A DNA stretch of 64,000 nt from Enterobacter phage EC-F2: the sequence record MN508624.2, one strand, 5' to 3'. Below the pieces are notes generated by a model. The model had not been told where the DNA came from and ran no database searches. It saw only the letters and a program-made list of their open reading frames with translations. A program made the translations under genes and the position numbers. Positions 12,562 to 20,634 of the stretch are shown in pieces (position 1 is the stretch's first letter; each line of letters starts with the position of its first letter).

Positions 12562-12584
12562 GTTACTTTGTTTTGAGGTGATAC

Positions 12585-13007
12585 ATGGCTGAACTAAAAC
12601 TTGAAGATCTACAGGCTGAACTTGAAGAGGATATGCGTATTGATCCGTTGAAGTTACAAAGCGAATCAGCAGACATTCCGAAGATTTGGTCAAAATGGCT
12701 TCGATACCATTCGAATGCTAAGAAAAAACTTATTCAACTCCAGGCGAAGAAAGAAGCGATTGTAAAAGATCGGTTACTGTTCTACACTGGTAGACACGAA
12801 AGCGAAATGACCGATGTCATTTACACTGGTTCGGGTGAAATCAAAATTGCTATCTCCGGTGATCCTAAGACCGTTGAAGTTAACAAGCTGATCCAATACT
12901 TCGAACTGATTGCAGAGTTTACCGGAAAAGCGCTGGATATCGTTAAGAACAAAGGCTACTCCATCAAAAACATGTTGGAGATCCGTAAACTTGAGAGTGG
13001 TGCATAA
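12585..13007 (+). CDS. uvsY: Recombination mediator UvsY
   Basis: 140 aa. MAELKLEDLQAELEED...KIWSKWLRYHS...LLFYTGR aligns with T4 UvsY (MRLEDLQEELKKD...LYSKWLNKHS...RLDYYSGR). Confidence 0.9.
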   Translation: MAELKLEDLQAELEEDMRIDPLKLQSESADIPKIWSKWLRYHSNAKKKLIQLQAKKEAIVKDRLLFYTGRHESEMTDVIYTGSGEIKIAISGDPKTVEVNKLIQYFELIAEFTGKALDIVKNKGYSIKNMLEIRKLESGA

Positions 13008-13009
13008 AA

Positions 13010-13191
13010 TGGCAGAAGAATTTGATTGCAAATGCGTTGTGTGCAAACAACCGATGAACTCCCGTAATACGGCGTTTGTCAATGAAGCTGGTCCGATCTG
13101 CGGTGTCGTATGTTTGCAATATCTCAACGAAAGGAATGATCGCGGTATCAATGAAGCCGACGATCTGAACGAAGTTCAAATGTTGCTGTAG
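13010..13191 (+). CDS. Small Cys-rich (zinc-binding?) protein, in the uvsY.-1 position
   Basis: 60 aa. MAEEFDCKCVVCKQ...CGVVC supplies four or more Cys. Its ATG directly follows the uvsY stop. Confidence 0.5.
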
Positions 13192-13199
13192 GTGTGAAT

Positions 13200-13337
13200 A
13201 TGAAAGACTATTCAAAAATCGACTTTAACGAAGTATTTCGTTTGCTGGGATTGATGGAAGAATGTGTGACCAGGGTTCATGCACTTCGAATTTCGTTTGA
13301 AAGTGGTTGTATCGAAGACGAACGCCCAGATTTATAG
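13200..13337 (+). CDS. Small hypothetical ORF (45 aa)
   Basis: ATG 8 nt after the previous stop, and the ORF is tightly packed against its neighbour. No homology recognised. Confidence 0.3.
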   Translation: MKDYSKIDFNEVFRLLGLMEECVTRVHALRISFESGCIEDERPDL

Positions 13338-13644
13338 CAGTAAATATAATTGTAGGGCAAGGGCATGTTTACCGATGGATGCATTTTCATAATCGGATAA
13401 ACCTAATGGCCTATATGGAATGCAACATATATTCGTGATTGGGATTTTTTCTCAACCTGGAACCTTTATGCTAACAGTGTGCAACGGCACGAACTACGAT
13501 TGACTACCCCGCAAATATACGATTGCATGTTGCGGCGAATGTGTCACAGTACCCCTTGTGGGGCATGGCTGGCTGATTAATCAGCTTACGCAGTTTAGAA
13601 TAGCGGTGACGACACCGCGTTAAAAATCAACTATGCTTCAAAAT

Positions 13645-13682
13645 TAAAAAGCCCCTTCCTTTCGGTTGGGGCTTTCTTTTTA
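13645..13682. terminator. Bidirectional rho-independent terminator between the convergent uvsY block and uvsW.1
   Basis: Hairpin AGCCCCTTCC-TTTCGG-TTGGGGCT flanked by AAAAA on one side and TTTCTTTT on the other. Confidence 0.75.
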
Positions 13683-13910
13683 AAACTTCTCTTCTTCTCC
13701 GGTTTCGAGTTCGGCTTTCAGTTCTTCTCGCCGTCCCTTGATCGCGTCACGCATTGAAATATCATCGGATGCTGCAACCTCGACTTCTTTCACGCGGGTG
13801 TTGTAATACTTTTCAAGTTCTTTCAAACCGTCCAGTGTCCGGCACGAAGCAACCTTATTCATGAAATCATCAATCGCTGCTTCGTTTACGAATGTAGTAA
13901 AACTTTTCAT
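13680..13910 (-). CDS. uvsW.1: UvsW.1 (small helicase-associated protein)
   Basis: 76 aa, the same length as T4 UvsW.1, immediately downstream of uvsW on the same strand. Confidence 0.75.
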   Translation of the reverse strand: MKSFTTFVNEAAIDDFMNKVASCRTLDGLKELEKYYNTRVKEVEVAASDDISMRDAIKGRREELKAELETGEEEKF

Positions 13911-13919
13911 TTTGGCCTC

Positions 13920-15419
13920 TTAAATTTCTACCTGTTTGATCGCGTAGTCGAATCGTTCTTCATTGTAGATCCGAACACGTTCCATAGCATGTTTCATACC
14001 GTAGTTTGTCGCACTGTATTTATTTTTTGCTGTTTTAGACTTTGACAGCGTAGCCAGGTTATCAACGATATCCCATACAGTAGCGAGCGCTTTCGATCCG
14101 TGCTTACGAAGTACACGACCGATAGACTGTTTCACCACAACAGCAGATTTGCAAGGGTGCGCAAAAATGATGTGGTGTAGGTTCTTGATTGAGATACCCG
14201 TACTCAGTACCCCGATCGAACCGATGACGATTAAACCTTTCGTCGATTCTGCAATTTTCTTCATTTCGTTACGATCGTCAATGTCTGTATCACCATTGAC
14301 CAACACCACGTTATCGTAAACCTTGCTCAACTGCTCGTACAGCCATTTTCCGTGCTCTTTGTACCGGAACATCACAAAGGCGTTTTCGTTCTTCTCACGG
14401 GCTAATTTGAGCGCTAATTTTAGAATCCACGCGTTGCGCCGTGTGTGGCTGGTTACGTACTTGATTTCCGTCTGGTAGTCCGCACCCTTCAATTTTTTGA
14501 CCTCTTCTTCTTTGTATCGAAGGAAGATCGTGTTAATTTTCAGGTTGGTGACTTGTCCATCATCCATCAAACGACGCGTATCAACTGGTTTAAAGACTTT
14601 GCCGAACGCACCGATGTATTGCATCATGTTCGTTTTCCCTTCTTTCAGGGAACCGGATAAGCCCAGTTTGAAGATACATTGATCCATCGTGTCGATAATC
14701 TTTTTGATGCTCATGCCTGTTGAGAGGTGGCATTCATCAACCATCAAACACATGAACTGTTGGAACCATTCGGCAGGCATTTTAACCGCTGATTGCCAGG
14801 TAGAAACGTAAATCAGTGCATTACTGTTTTTCGCTGTACCGGAACGGATACCCAGCATTGCCGATTTCGGGAACAAACGATAGTTTGCGATGTCCTCGAT
14901 CATTTGGTCAACAAGTGCGGTAGTCGGAACGATGATCAACACTTTCCCGCTGTAATGTTCCAGACACCAACGAGAGATAAGCCCCTGAATCAGAGATTTA
15001 CCTGCTGATGTTGGTAGGTTCAGAACACCGCGACGGTTTTTGATACCGTGGAACACTGATTCGCGTTGATACCAGTACGGGTCGATCTGTTTGTCGCCGT
15101 CATAAACCGGATGTTCGCTAACCCACTTATCAAAATCTTCTTGCGTGATATCCTCTGTTTCGTGGATCTTTGGATCAACCCAGATTGAATACCCGCGTGA
15201 TTCTGCGAATTTGGATACCAGATAGGCTAACCCATACGGGAGTTTCCCGTTGTAGTCCATCAAGTAAATGTAACCGTTCCACCCGCCATATTTGTATTTG
15301 GCCTGATACTGATAGCCTGGGGGCTGGAAGCTGAAATAGTCACGCAGTTCATAGACAATGTTTGCTTCTGCCTGAATCTGTACGTGGCTTGTGTTTAAAA
15401 ATTTGACTTCAATATCCAC
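13920..15419 (-). CDS. uvsW: UvsW SF2 DNA/RNA helicase
   Basis: 499 aa with helicase motifs (PTSAGKS Walker A, DECH motif II). Size and neighbourhood match T4 UvsW. Confidence 0.9.
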   Translation of the reverse strand: MDIEVKFLNTSHVQIQAEANIVYELRDYFSFQPPGYQYQAKYKYGGWNGYIYLMDYNGKLPYGLAYLVSKFAESRGYSIWVDPKIHETEDITQEDFDKWVSEHPVYDGDKQIDPYWYQRESVFHGIKNRRGVLNLPTSAGKSLIQGLISRWCLEHYSGKVLIIVPTTALVDQMIEDIANYRLFPKSAMLGIRSGTAKNSNALIYVSTWQSAVKMPAEWFQQFMCLMVDECHLSTGMSIKKIIDTMDQCIFKLGLSGSLKEGKTNMMQYIGAFGKVFKPVDTRRLMDDGQVTNLKINTIFLRYKEEEVKKLKGADYQTEIKYVTSHTRRNAWILKLALKLAREKNENAFVMFRYKEHGKWLYEQLSKVYDNVVLVNGDTDIDDRNEMKKIAESTKGLIVIGSIGVLSTGISIKNLHHIIFAHPCKSAVVVKQSIGRVLRKHGSKALATVWDIVDNLATLSKSKTAKNKYSATNYGMKHAMERVRIYNEERFDYAIKQVEI

Positions 15420-15489
15420 TATGATTACCCTATGTACAAAGTATATATGTATTTATGCTCTAAATATTGAATAAACACTGGAGATTCCA

Positions 15490-16149
15490 ATGAACATTGA
15501 TTACGAAAAGGTTGATGGGTTCCGTACCCTCGACGCAAAAGAACAGAAAGGCGCGTTAGCTGATTATGCTATGAACGTGTTTGCTGTTAAGCTGAACAAA
15601 CAGAAATCCTTTGATAACATGCTGGCTGATCTGGTTGCTGCTTTACCGGATGAAGAAGAAAAGCCGGAACTGCTGATTGATTCCCCTGAACCGGAAATCG
15701 TTGCATACAAAGGCGAAGTGACTATGGGTGAACCTGTCATCGATGCACCAAACATTCCCGATGTGGTTATTGATGCGTCACAGGACTTCATGAATTACGT
15801 TCAAGAAGTTGCGCCGGAAGTGGCTGACCAAATTCAGTTAGTTCCTGATGTCGTAGAAGCTCCTGTAAGCGCTTCTGACGAGTCCAAAGGCGAACTGGCA
15901 TGGTTGGATACATTCAGCCCTACAATCTTCCTGATGGGCCGCTCTGCTCGTTCTAACGGGTATTACACCTGTCCGTGGTGGATCTATGACTGGATCAAGA
16001 AAAATCCAGAATGGTACAAAGATCCTGATAGCTGTCCACACGCAAGCGCGATCGAGACAATCAAATCGCTGGTGTACTACATCAAGCGTGATGGTGAAGT
16101 AACCGTTCGCGAAACTCGCAACAGTCGATTCGAGACTTTCCGCTTTTAG
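15490..16149 (+). CDS. Hypothetical protein with an extremely acidic central region and degenerate PDVV(I/E) repeats
   Basis: 219 aa. Residues ~40-140 are more than 25% Asp/Glu with almost no basic residues. The C-terminal 80 aa are Trp/Cys-containing and globular. Confidence 0.5.
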   Translation: MNIDYEKVDGFRTLDAKEQKGALADYAMNVFAVKLNKQKSFDNMLADLVAALPDEEEKPELLIDSPEPEIVAYKGEVTMGEPVIDAPNIPDVVIDASQDFMNYVQEVAPEVADQIQLVPDVVEAPVSASDESKGELAWLDTFSPTIFLMGRSARSNGYYTCPWWIYDWIKKNPEWYKDPDSCPHASAIETIKSLVYYIKRDGEVTVRETRNSRFETFRF

Positions 16150-16170
16150 CACTTTTTGCTAAAAAACTTG

Positions 16171-16199
16171 TTGACGCATACCCCCGTTTCCTGTACATT
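16171..16199 (+). promoter_or_regulatory. Early-type promoter (AAAAACTTGTTGACG-N17-TACATT) with its -10 embedded in a CCCCCG/CGGGGG stem-loop (PeSL-like cassette)
   Basis: Near-consensus -35, 17-nt spacer and the hairpin 16181-16217. The same AAAAACTTGTTGACG motif recurs at 24826. Confidence 0.55.
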
Positions 16200-16218
16200 T
16201 GTATTCGAAGGCGGGGGA

Positions 16219-16566
16219 ATGGCTCTCGCAGTAAAGAAGGAAAGCAAAATGAAAAACGAAATGATGAAAAACGCTTATTACCCAGTTCTGTTTGTTTGGG
16301 CTGATGGTAAAGTGAAAAAAGTAGTTAATTCAAACGCTCCTTACTATACTGTTGGTGAAGCACTGCGTCACGCTGCCGAAGCCGATTATCCTGTTCCTGC
16401 TGAACCTGGTTACGCTCGTTGGAATGGTTCAAAATGGGTTGCTGATACCTGGGACAACTACGAAGAAGCAAGAATGGAGTGCGATCCAGATTATGTCTCT
16501 CGTCAAATGGAAGCGCACATGATTGCAGACCGTCGCCTTGATAACGAAGCTCGCGGTTTCTACTAA
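16219..16566 (+). CDS. Hypothetical protein (115 aa)
   Basis: ATG with an AAGG RBS just downstream of the promoter. The longer ORF-track start at 16156 would lie upstream of or inside the promoter. Confidence 0.5.
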   Translation: MALAVKKESKMKNEMMKNAYYPVLFVWADGKVKKVVNSNAPYYTVGEALRHAAEADYPVPAEPGYARWNGSKWVADTWDNYEEARMECDPDYVSRQMEAHMIADRRLDNEARGFY

Positions 16567-16574
16567 TTTGAATA

Positions 16575-16594
16575 GGGGCTTCGGCCCCTTTTTT
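16575..16594 (+). terminator. Rho-independent terminator
   Basis: GGGGCTTCGGCCCC hairpin followed by TTTTTT. Confidence 0.75.
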
Positions 16595-16605
16595 GTAGGT
16601 AAAAC

Positions 16606-17178
16606 ATGAACGAATTAAATCACGAATGCCTGAAAGACTTATCAGAAGGTAAAGAGATCGGAAACGTCATCTTCCTTGATATCGACGGCGTTCTAAATAA
16701 TATGCGGTGCATGAAATTTGGTGAACATATGGACATCGAATGTGCTCGACACCTGCGCCGGATCGTAAATCACGCAAACTGCGATATTGTCATTTCCTCT
16801 ACGTGGAGGATCGGCAACACAACCCACACTCTACGGGAAATCTTCTACCCGTGGGGATTGTATCGCATCATCGGGAAAACCTGTACGAATCTGACAGATA
16901 GAAAAGCTGGACGCGGCGATGAAATCAAAGCATGGATCGACACCTTCGGGTGTAAGAATTATCTTATCCTGGATGACGATACCGATATGCTGCCGGAACA
17001 GAGTGAACACTTCATCAACACCGATGGGTTCGTGGGGCTGACAGAAGAACAATCCACTTACGCGATCCGTAATGTGTTTGGTGTAACAACCCCGTTCTGT
17101 CCTGAATGCAACGGCTACGGGCGCGTGAACCAATATGATAAATGTCCGTCTTGTGACGGCAAAATTTTACTTCTCTAA
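16606..17178 (+). CDS. HAD-superfamily phosphatase-like protein with a C-terminal CxxC...CxxC zinc ribbon
   Basis: FLDIDGVLNN is HAD motif I (DxDGV). The C-terminus carries CPEC...CPSC. Confidence 0.55.
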   Translation: MNELNHECLKDLSEGKEIGNVIFLDIDGVLNNMRCMKFGEHMDIECARHLRRIVNHANCDIVISSTWRIGNTTHTLREIFYPWGLYRIIGKTCTNLTDRKAGRGDEIKAWIDTFGCKNYLILDDDTDMLPEQSEHFINTDGFVGLTEEQSTYAIRNVFGVTTPFCPECNGYGRVNQYDKCPSCDGKILLL

Positions 17179-17205
17179 ATAGAGAAAAACTAAGAGGTTT
17201 TGAAA

Positions 17206-17709
17206 ATGGCTACAGAAAAATGGACTACGGTACACCCGATCCCGTGGCGTAATACCAGTTTTACGTATCTGCCGTGGTGGATCTTTGATATCATCGTGGC
17301 TGCGAACGCTGCAAGCGAAGACTGGCGCGATTATGCCGAAGAAAAATATGCGAAAGAATTCGATACACTGAAACAGGCGTATATTGATTACACCGATGTC
17401 GATTTCATCGAATCTCGTAACGGCTACCTGCACAAGCTGAGTGATTTCACTCCTGCTGATCCGGTTGTCACTATCACCCCTAAAACTGCCCCTGCTGATT
17501 TCAAAGTAGGTGATGCGGATCTGGCTGCAACTGATCTGTTCACAATCGATCCAACTGGTACGGCGATGACTCTCACTGTTGATTCATCCGGTCACGGTTC
17601 AATCGTAGGCGGTAAACTCCACGCGGTTAGCGCGGGTGATGTTGTAGTAACTGCAACTTCCGGTTCTGTTACGGCAACGCTGACCGTAAATGTTAAAGCT
17701 GCTGCATAA
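17206..17709 (+). CDS. Small protein with a C-terminal bacterial Ig-like (Big_2-type) domain
   Basis: The C-terminus (GKLHAVSAGDVVVTATSGSVTATLTVNVK) is typical of Ig-like group 2. The ATG at 17206 has a TAAGAGG RBS. Confidence 0.5.
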   Translation: MATEKWTTVHPIPWRNTSFTYLPWWIFDIIVAANAASEDWRDYAEEKYAKEFDTLKQAYIDYTDVDFIESRNGYLHKLSDFTPADPVVTITPKTAPADFKVGDADLAATDLFTIDPTGTAMTLTVDSSGHGSIVGGKLHAVSAGDVVVTATSGSVTATLTVNVKAAA

Positions 17710-17729
17710 CAAAAATAAGAAGGTAAAAC

Positions 17730-18230
17730 ATGCTGCTATTTGAATTCAACGATGTTTTTGCTAAATTCAGCGATGCAATTGAGGCTAAGTTCGGCAAACG
17801 TCCCGAAAACATGACAGAAACAGAATATAACACCGCTGTTTCGTCCCTGGTTCGTACAGATTTCTATGAAAAGCTGGCGATCGAGGTGTTGGGCTGGGAT
17901 ATGATGAAATGGGGTATGACCTATCGCGATCGCGAAGTCGGTTTTATTCTCGTCAACGAAGCAAAAAGCCCGTCCTGGGTGAATAGTCAAAAAATCGCGT
18001 ACATGGATAAAGTATGCGCACAGATGGGTATTGTACGTTTAGACTTCTGGACTTGTCGGGATCTGAACGAACTGAAAGCCCACGCTTACCGTTGCCCTCT
18101 GATCTCCCGCAATGATAAGCATCGTCAAGCATGGGATAGCGCAGGGAAATATCGTAGTGTTTTCCTGAACGACGATATGAACATCACTATTCAGGATGTG
18201 AACCGCTCCTTTGCGGATTACACACCATAA
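17730..18230 (+). CDS. Hypothetical protein (166 aa)
   Basis: ORF with an AGAAGG RBS. No recognisable homology. Confidence 0.45.
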   Translation: MLLFEFNDVFAKFSDAIEAKFGKRPENMTETEYNTAVSSLVRTDFYEKLAIEVLGWDMMKWGMTYRDREVGFILVNEAKSPSWVNSQKIAYMDKVCAQMGIVRLDFWTCRDLNELKAHAYRCPLISRNDKHRQAWDSAGKYRSVFLNDDMNITIQDVNRSFADYTP

Positions 18231-18232
18231 AC

Positions 18233-18267
18233 AAAAAAGGGAACCGCAATGGTTCCCTTTCTTTTAT
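18233..18267. terminator. Bidirectional terminator between convergent genes
   Basis: GGGAACCGCAATGGTTCCC hairpin flanked by AAAAAA and TTTCTTTT. Confidence 0.7.
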
Positions 18268-18731
18268 GCAATTTTTCTGATTTCTTTCAATGCTTCTTCT
18301 TTGCTACCAACGAAGAGAATCGCTTTACCTCCGGCTTTTCTGAATGGCAACACAGCTTTTGCCCTGTCATCAATCAGTATACCTTTGTCCGCATATGCTG
18401 CTTTCTCTCCGCTGCTTTTGGTGTAGTGGAATTCAGGCAGATAACCGAACACCTTCATCAACGCTTTTCTTTTTTGTTCTGCTACCGCATCGGAATTGTA
18501 TTTCCCTACGCTGGTTAAGATCGCAACCTGACCTAAAGTTCTCAAATGACAGAACAGGTCGATGCCCTCTTGTAATGGTTCCAGATTTTCGTAGAAGTCA
18601 GTTTGTGATATAGCCTGTTTCGCTTTTTTCAATTCTTCTTCCGGCATTCTCGCCGGGTCGCCGTACATCGGAACAAAAGAACCTTCCCAGTTGAACAGTA
18701 CACCATCCATATCGAACAAAAACTTTTTCAT
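18264..18731 (-). CDS. HAD-superfamily hydrolase, 5'(3')-deoxyribonucleotidase-like
   Basis: MKKFLFDMDGVLFNW is HAD motif I. About 155 aa. The internal start has a GAGGAA RBS, and the longer ORF-track start would overlap the upstream gene. Confidence 0.6.
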   Translation of the reverse strand: MKKFLFDMDGVLFNWEGSFVPMYGDPARMPEEELKKAKQAISQTDFYENLEPLQEGIDLFCHLRTLGQVAILTSVGKYNSDAVAEQKRKALMKVFGYLPEFHYTKSSGEKAAYADKGILIDDRAKAVLPFRKAGGKAILFVGSKEEALKEIRKIA

Positions 18732-18780
18732 ATCAATTCCTCGGTTTGTGTGTGCATCATATTCATATATGTTCCTATTG

Positions 18781-19614
18781 TCAACCCCATGTATCAGTTT
18801 TCGGTGCGTATGCTGCAACTTTAGCCACTAACTCTTTATCAAGCTGGTCAATGGATTTTTGCGGCTTGCCTTTTGCCTTAACTTTGATGTAGTTAGACTT
18901 AACAACAAACATACCGCCTTTGTCAGATTTCTTGATTTCGCTGTCGATGCCTACTTTGTTGAAGCTGATCCAGATATCGCCGTCCATGTACTGTTTCAGA
19001 GAGTCGCCCATATTCAGGATCTTCGCCATAGTGAGCGCTGCCCCTTCGTGGGTATCCATGAGGATTTCTTTAGGCACTACACGATCGCGTTTAAGGTTCT
19101 GCTGCATAGCAATATGAACATCGTTCATAACCCAAACGATATGGATGTTTTCTTTCTGATAACCCAGCTCTTCAACATCACGGGCGATACTTGCCAGCTT
19201 GCTCATGCTTTTCAGGGTTACGTCAAAGATCAGGTTTGGTTTACGGTCTTCCGGTGCTGCTGTGATACCAGCGTACACACGCGCCTGGTTTTTGTTGGAT
19301 ACGTTGAACACGTCTGCGATCACATGATGCAGTGTTGCTACGTTGTCCGGGTTTTTCAGGTTCATTGTTTTGACATCGTGACCAGTTTTCGCTTTGATCT
19401 CTGCTGCCAGTTTGGTACTACCCATGACCAATTTTTTGAGTGCGTCAACGTCCAGGGTGATCCCTTCGATGCCTAACAGCTTTTCGAGGGTGAACCCTTT
19501 ACCAGAACCCGCACCGCCAGCCAGGATAACTACCTGACCAAATTTAGGATAAGCCTTACCGCCGAAGGTGATCAGCGCTTCATCAAGGCTCGTAAAGTCT
19601 TTGAATGATTTCAT
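18781..19614 (-). CDS. P-loop NTPase / kinase-like protein
   Basis: 277 aa with the Walker A motif ILAGGAGSGKGFT near the N-terminus. Family not resolved; it is zeta-toxin/kinase-like in appearance. Confidence 0.5.
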   Translation of the reverse strand: MKSFKDFTSLDEALITFGGKAYPKFGQVVILAGGAGSGKGFTLEKLLGIEGITLDVDALKKLVMGSTKLAAEIKAKTGHDVKTMNLKNPDNVATLHHVIADVFNVSNKNQARVYAGITAAPEDRKPNLIFDVTLKSMSKLASIARDVEELGYQKENIHIVWVMNDVHIAMQQNLKRDRVVPKEILMDTHEGAALTMAKILNMGDSLKQYMDGDIWISFNKVGIDSEIKKSDKGGMFVVKSNYIKVKAKGKPQKSIDQLDKELVAKVAAYAPKTDTWG

Positions 19615-19648
19615 CTTAGAACTCCAGGTGTTTATTTAAAAGTATTTA

Positions 19649-19677
19649 TTGACACGGTTTATGAGTGCGTTTATAGT
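19649..19677 (+). promoter_or_regulatory. Early-type promoter TTGACA-N17-TATAGT with an upstream A/T tract
   Basis: Sits 50 nt upstream of the 19729 ORF in a divergent intergenic region. Confidence 0.55.
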
Positions 19678-19728
19678 GCAATTGTTCGACGGATAAGCCG
19701 GAAGAACTTTAACCATAAGGTAACAATT

Positions 19729-20598
19729 ATGAAAAATGAACTGCATGAATTCATCAACGCCGCTGCTCTTGGCGACCAGTCAAAATATAAATCCCGTCGC
19801 GATACCCTGATTGACGATTTCTGTAATCTCCTGGGGTTCAAGCGCTGGCATACCCCGTCTATGCGTCCAGATTGTGATCCAAAATGGGATTACTTCAAAT
19901 GGAGTGATCGCGATCGTGGTTACGTCGATAACGTCCGCGTAATGTCTTTCAACCACTTATACGCAAATTCAACAATTGCTGTTGCTAAACGCAACGATTC
20001 GACTTATCCGAACGGGTGGAGTGTTGCTAAAGTCATAGAAACACTTCTTCAACTGCGTCGCGAATATAAATCAGCATACCGTGTCAATCCCAATCCTATC
20101 TATAATGAATGGCAAATCGTCGCGAAATACCTGCTGAACATCACCTATTCTATTTTCTGTCGCTTCGGGACAAAAGAGATTGGATTTGGCTCTCATGATA
20201 TAATTGCAGAAGCACGTCACCGCATGATCCATGCAATCCTGAAAATTCAAAACTCTGGTGGGCTTGTTCTTGCTGCGTTCTGTGATGAAATTGTTTACTA
20301 CGGAGAACAGGTCGAAGTTGATGATGTTCACCACGAAAAATTCAAAAGATTTGTATTCGGGCAATATAACAGCTATTCATATGGAAACGATATTCGTGTG
20401 ATGAGGCACCCGCGCATTATGTTGGATATGGAAGGGTGGGAACCAGGTCACGGAATTGGTGATGCCGAAAGCCAACGTGAACGCCGTGTTCGTTCAGTTG
20501 CTAAAACTCGCGAATTGATGACAGGTAGCCTTACTGATTACCTGTTCAGAACAAAAGAAGACGTTGAAAAAGAATTTGTTGACTTGTCGGGAGAATAA
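19729..20598 (+). CDS. Hypothetical protein (289 aa)
   Basis: First gene after the promoter. No recognisable family. Confidence 0.45.
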   Translation: MKNELHEFINAAALGDQSKYKSRRDTLIDDFCNLLGFKRWHTPSMRPDCDPKWDYFKWSDRDRGYVDNVRVMSFNHLYANSTIAVAKRNDSTYPNGWSVAKVIETLLQLRREYKSAYRVNPNPIYNEWQIVAKYLLNITYSIFCRFGTKEIGFGSHDIIAEARHRMIHAILKIQNSGGLVLAAFCDEIVYYGEQVEVDDVHHEKFKRFVFGQYNSYSYGNDIRVMRHPRIMLDMEGWEPGHGIGDAESQRERRVRSVAKTRELMTGSLTDYLFRTKEDVEKEFVDLSGE

Positions 20599-20634
20599 CG
20601 ATAAGCTGTAATCTCTGAAAACAAGGAGATAACC

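Noticed and set aside
13338-13680. tRNA or tRNA-like gene in the uvsY-uvsW intergenic gap
   Set aside because: No GTTCGA/GTTCAA T-loop with a matching acceptor stem could be found by eye. A covariance search would be needed to be sure.
16156-16218. Longer start for the 16219 gene
   Set aside because: The extension overlaps the TTGACG-N17-TACATT promoter and its hairpin. The ATG at 16219 has an RBS.
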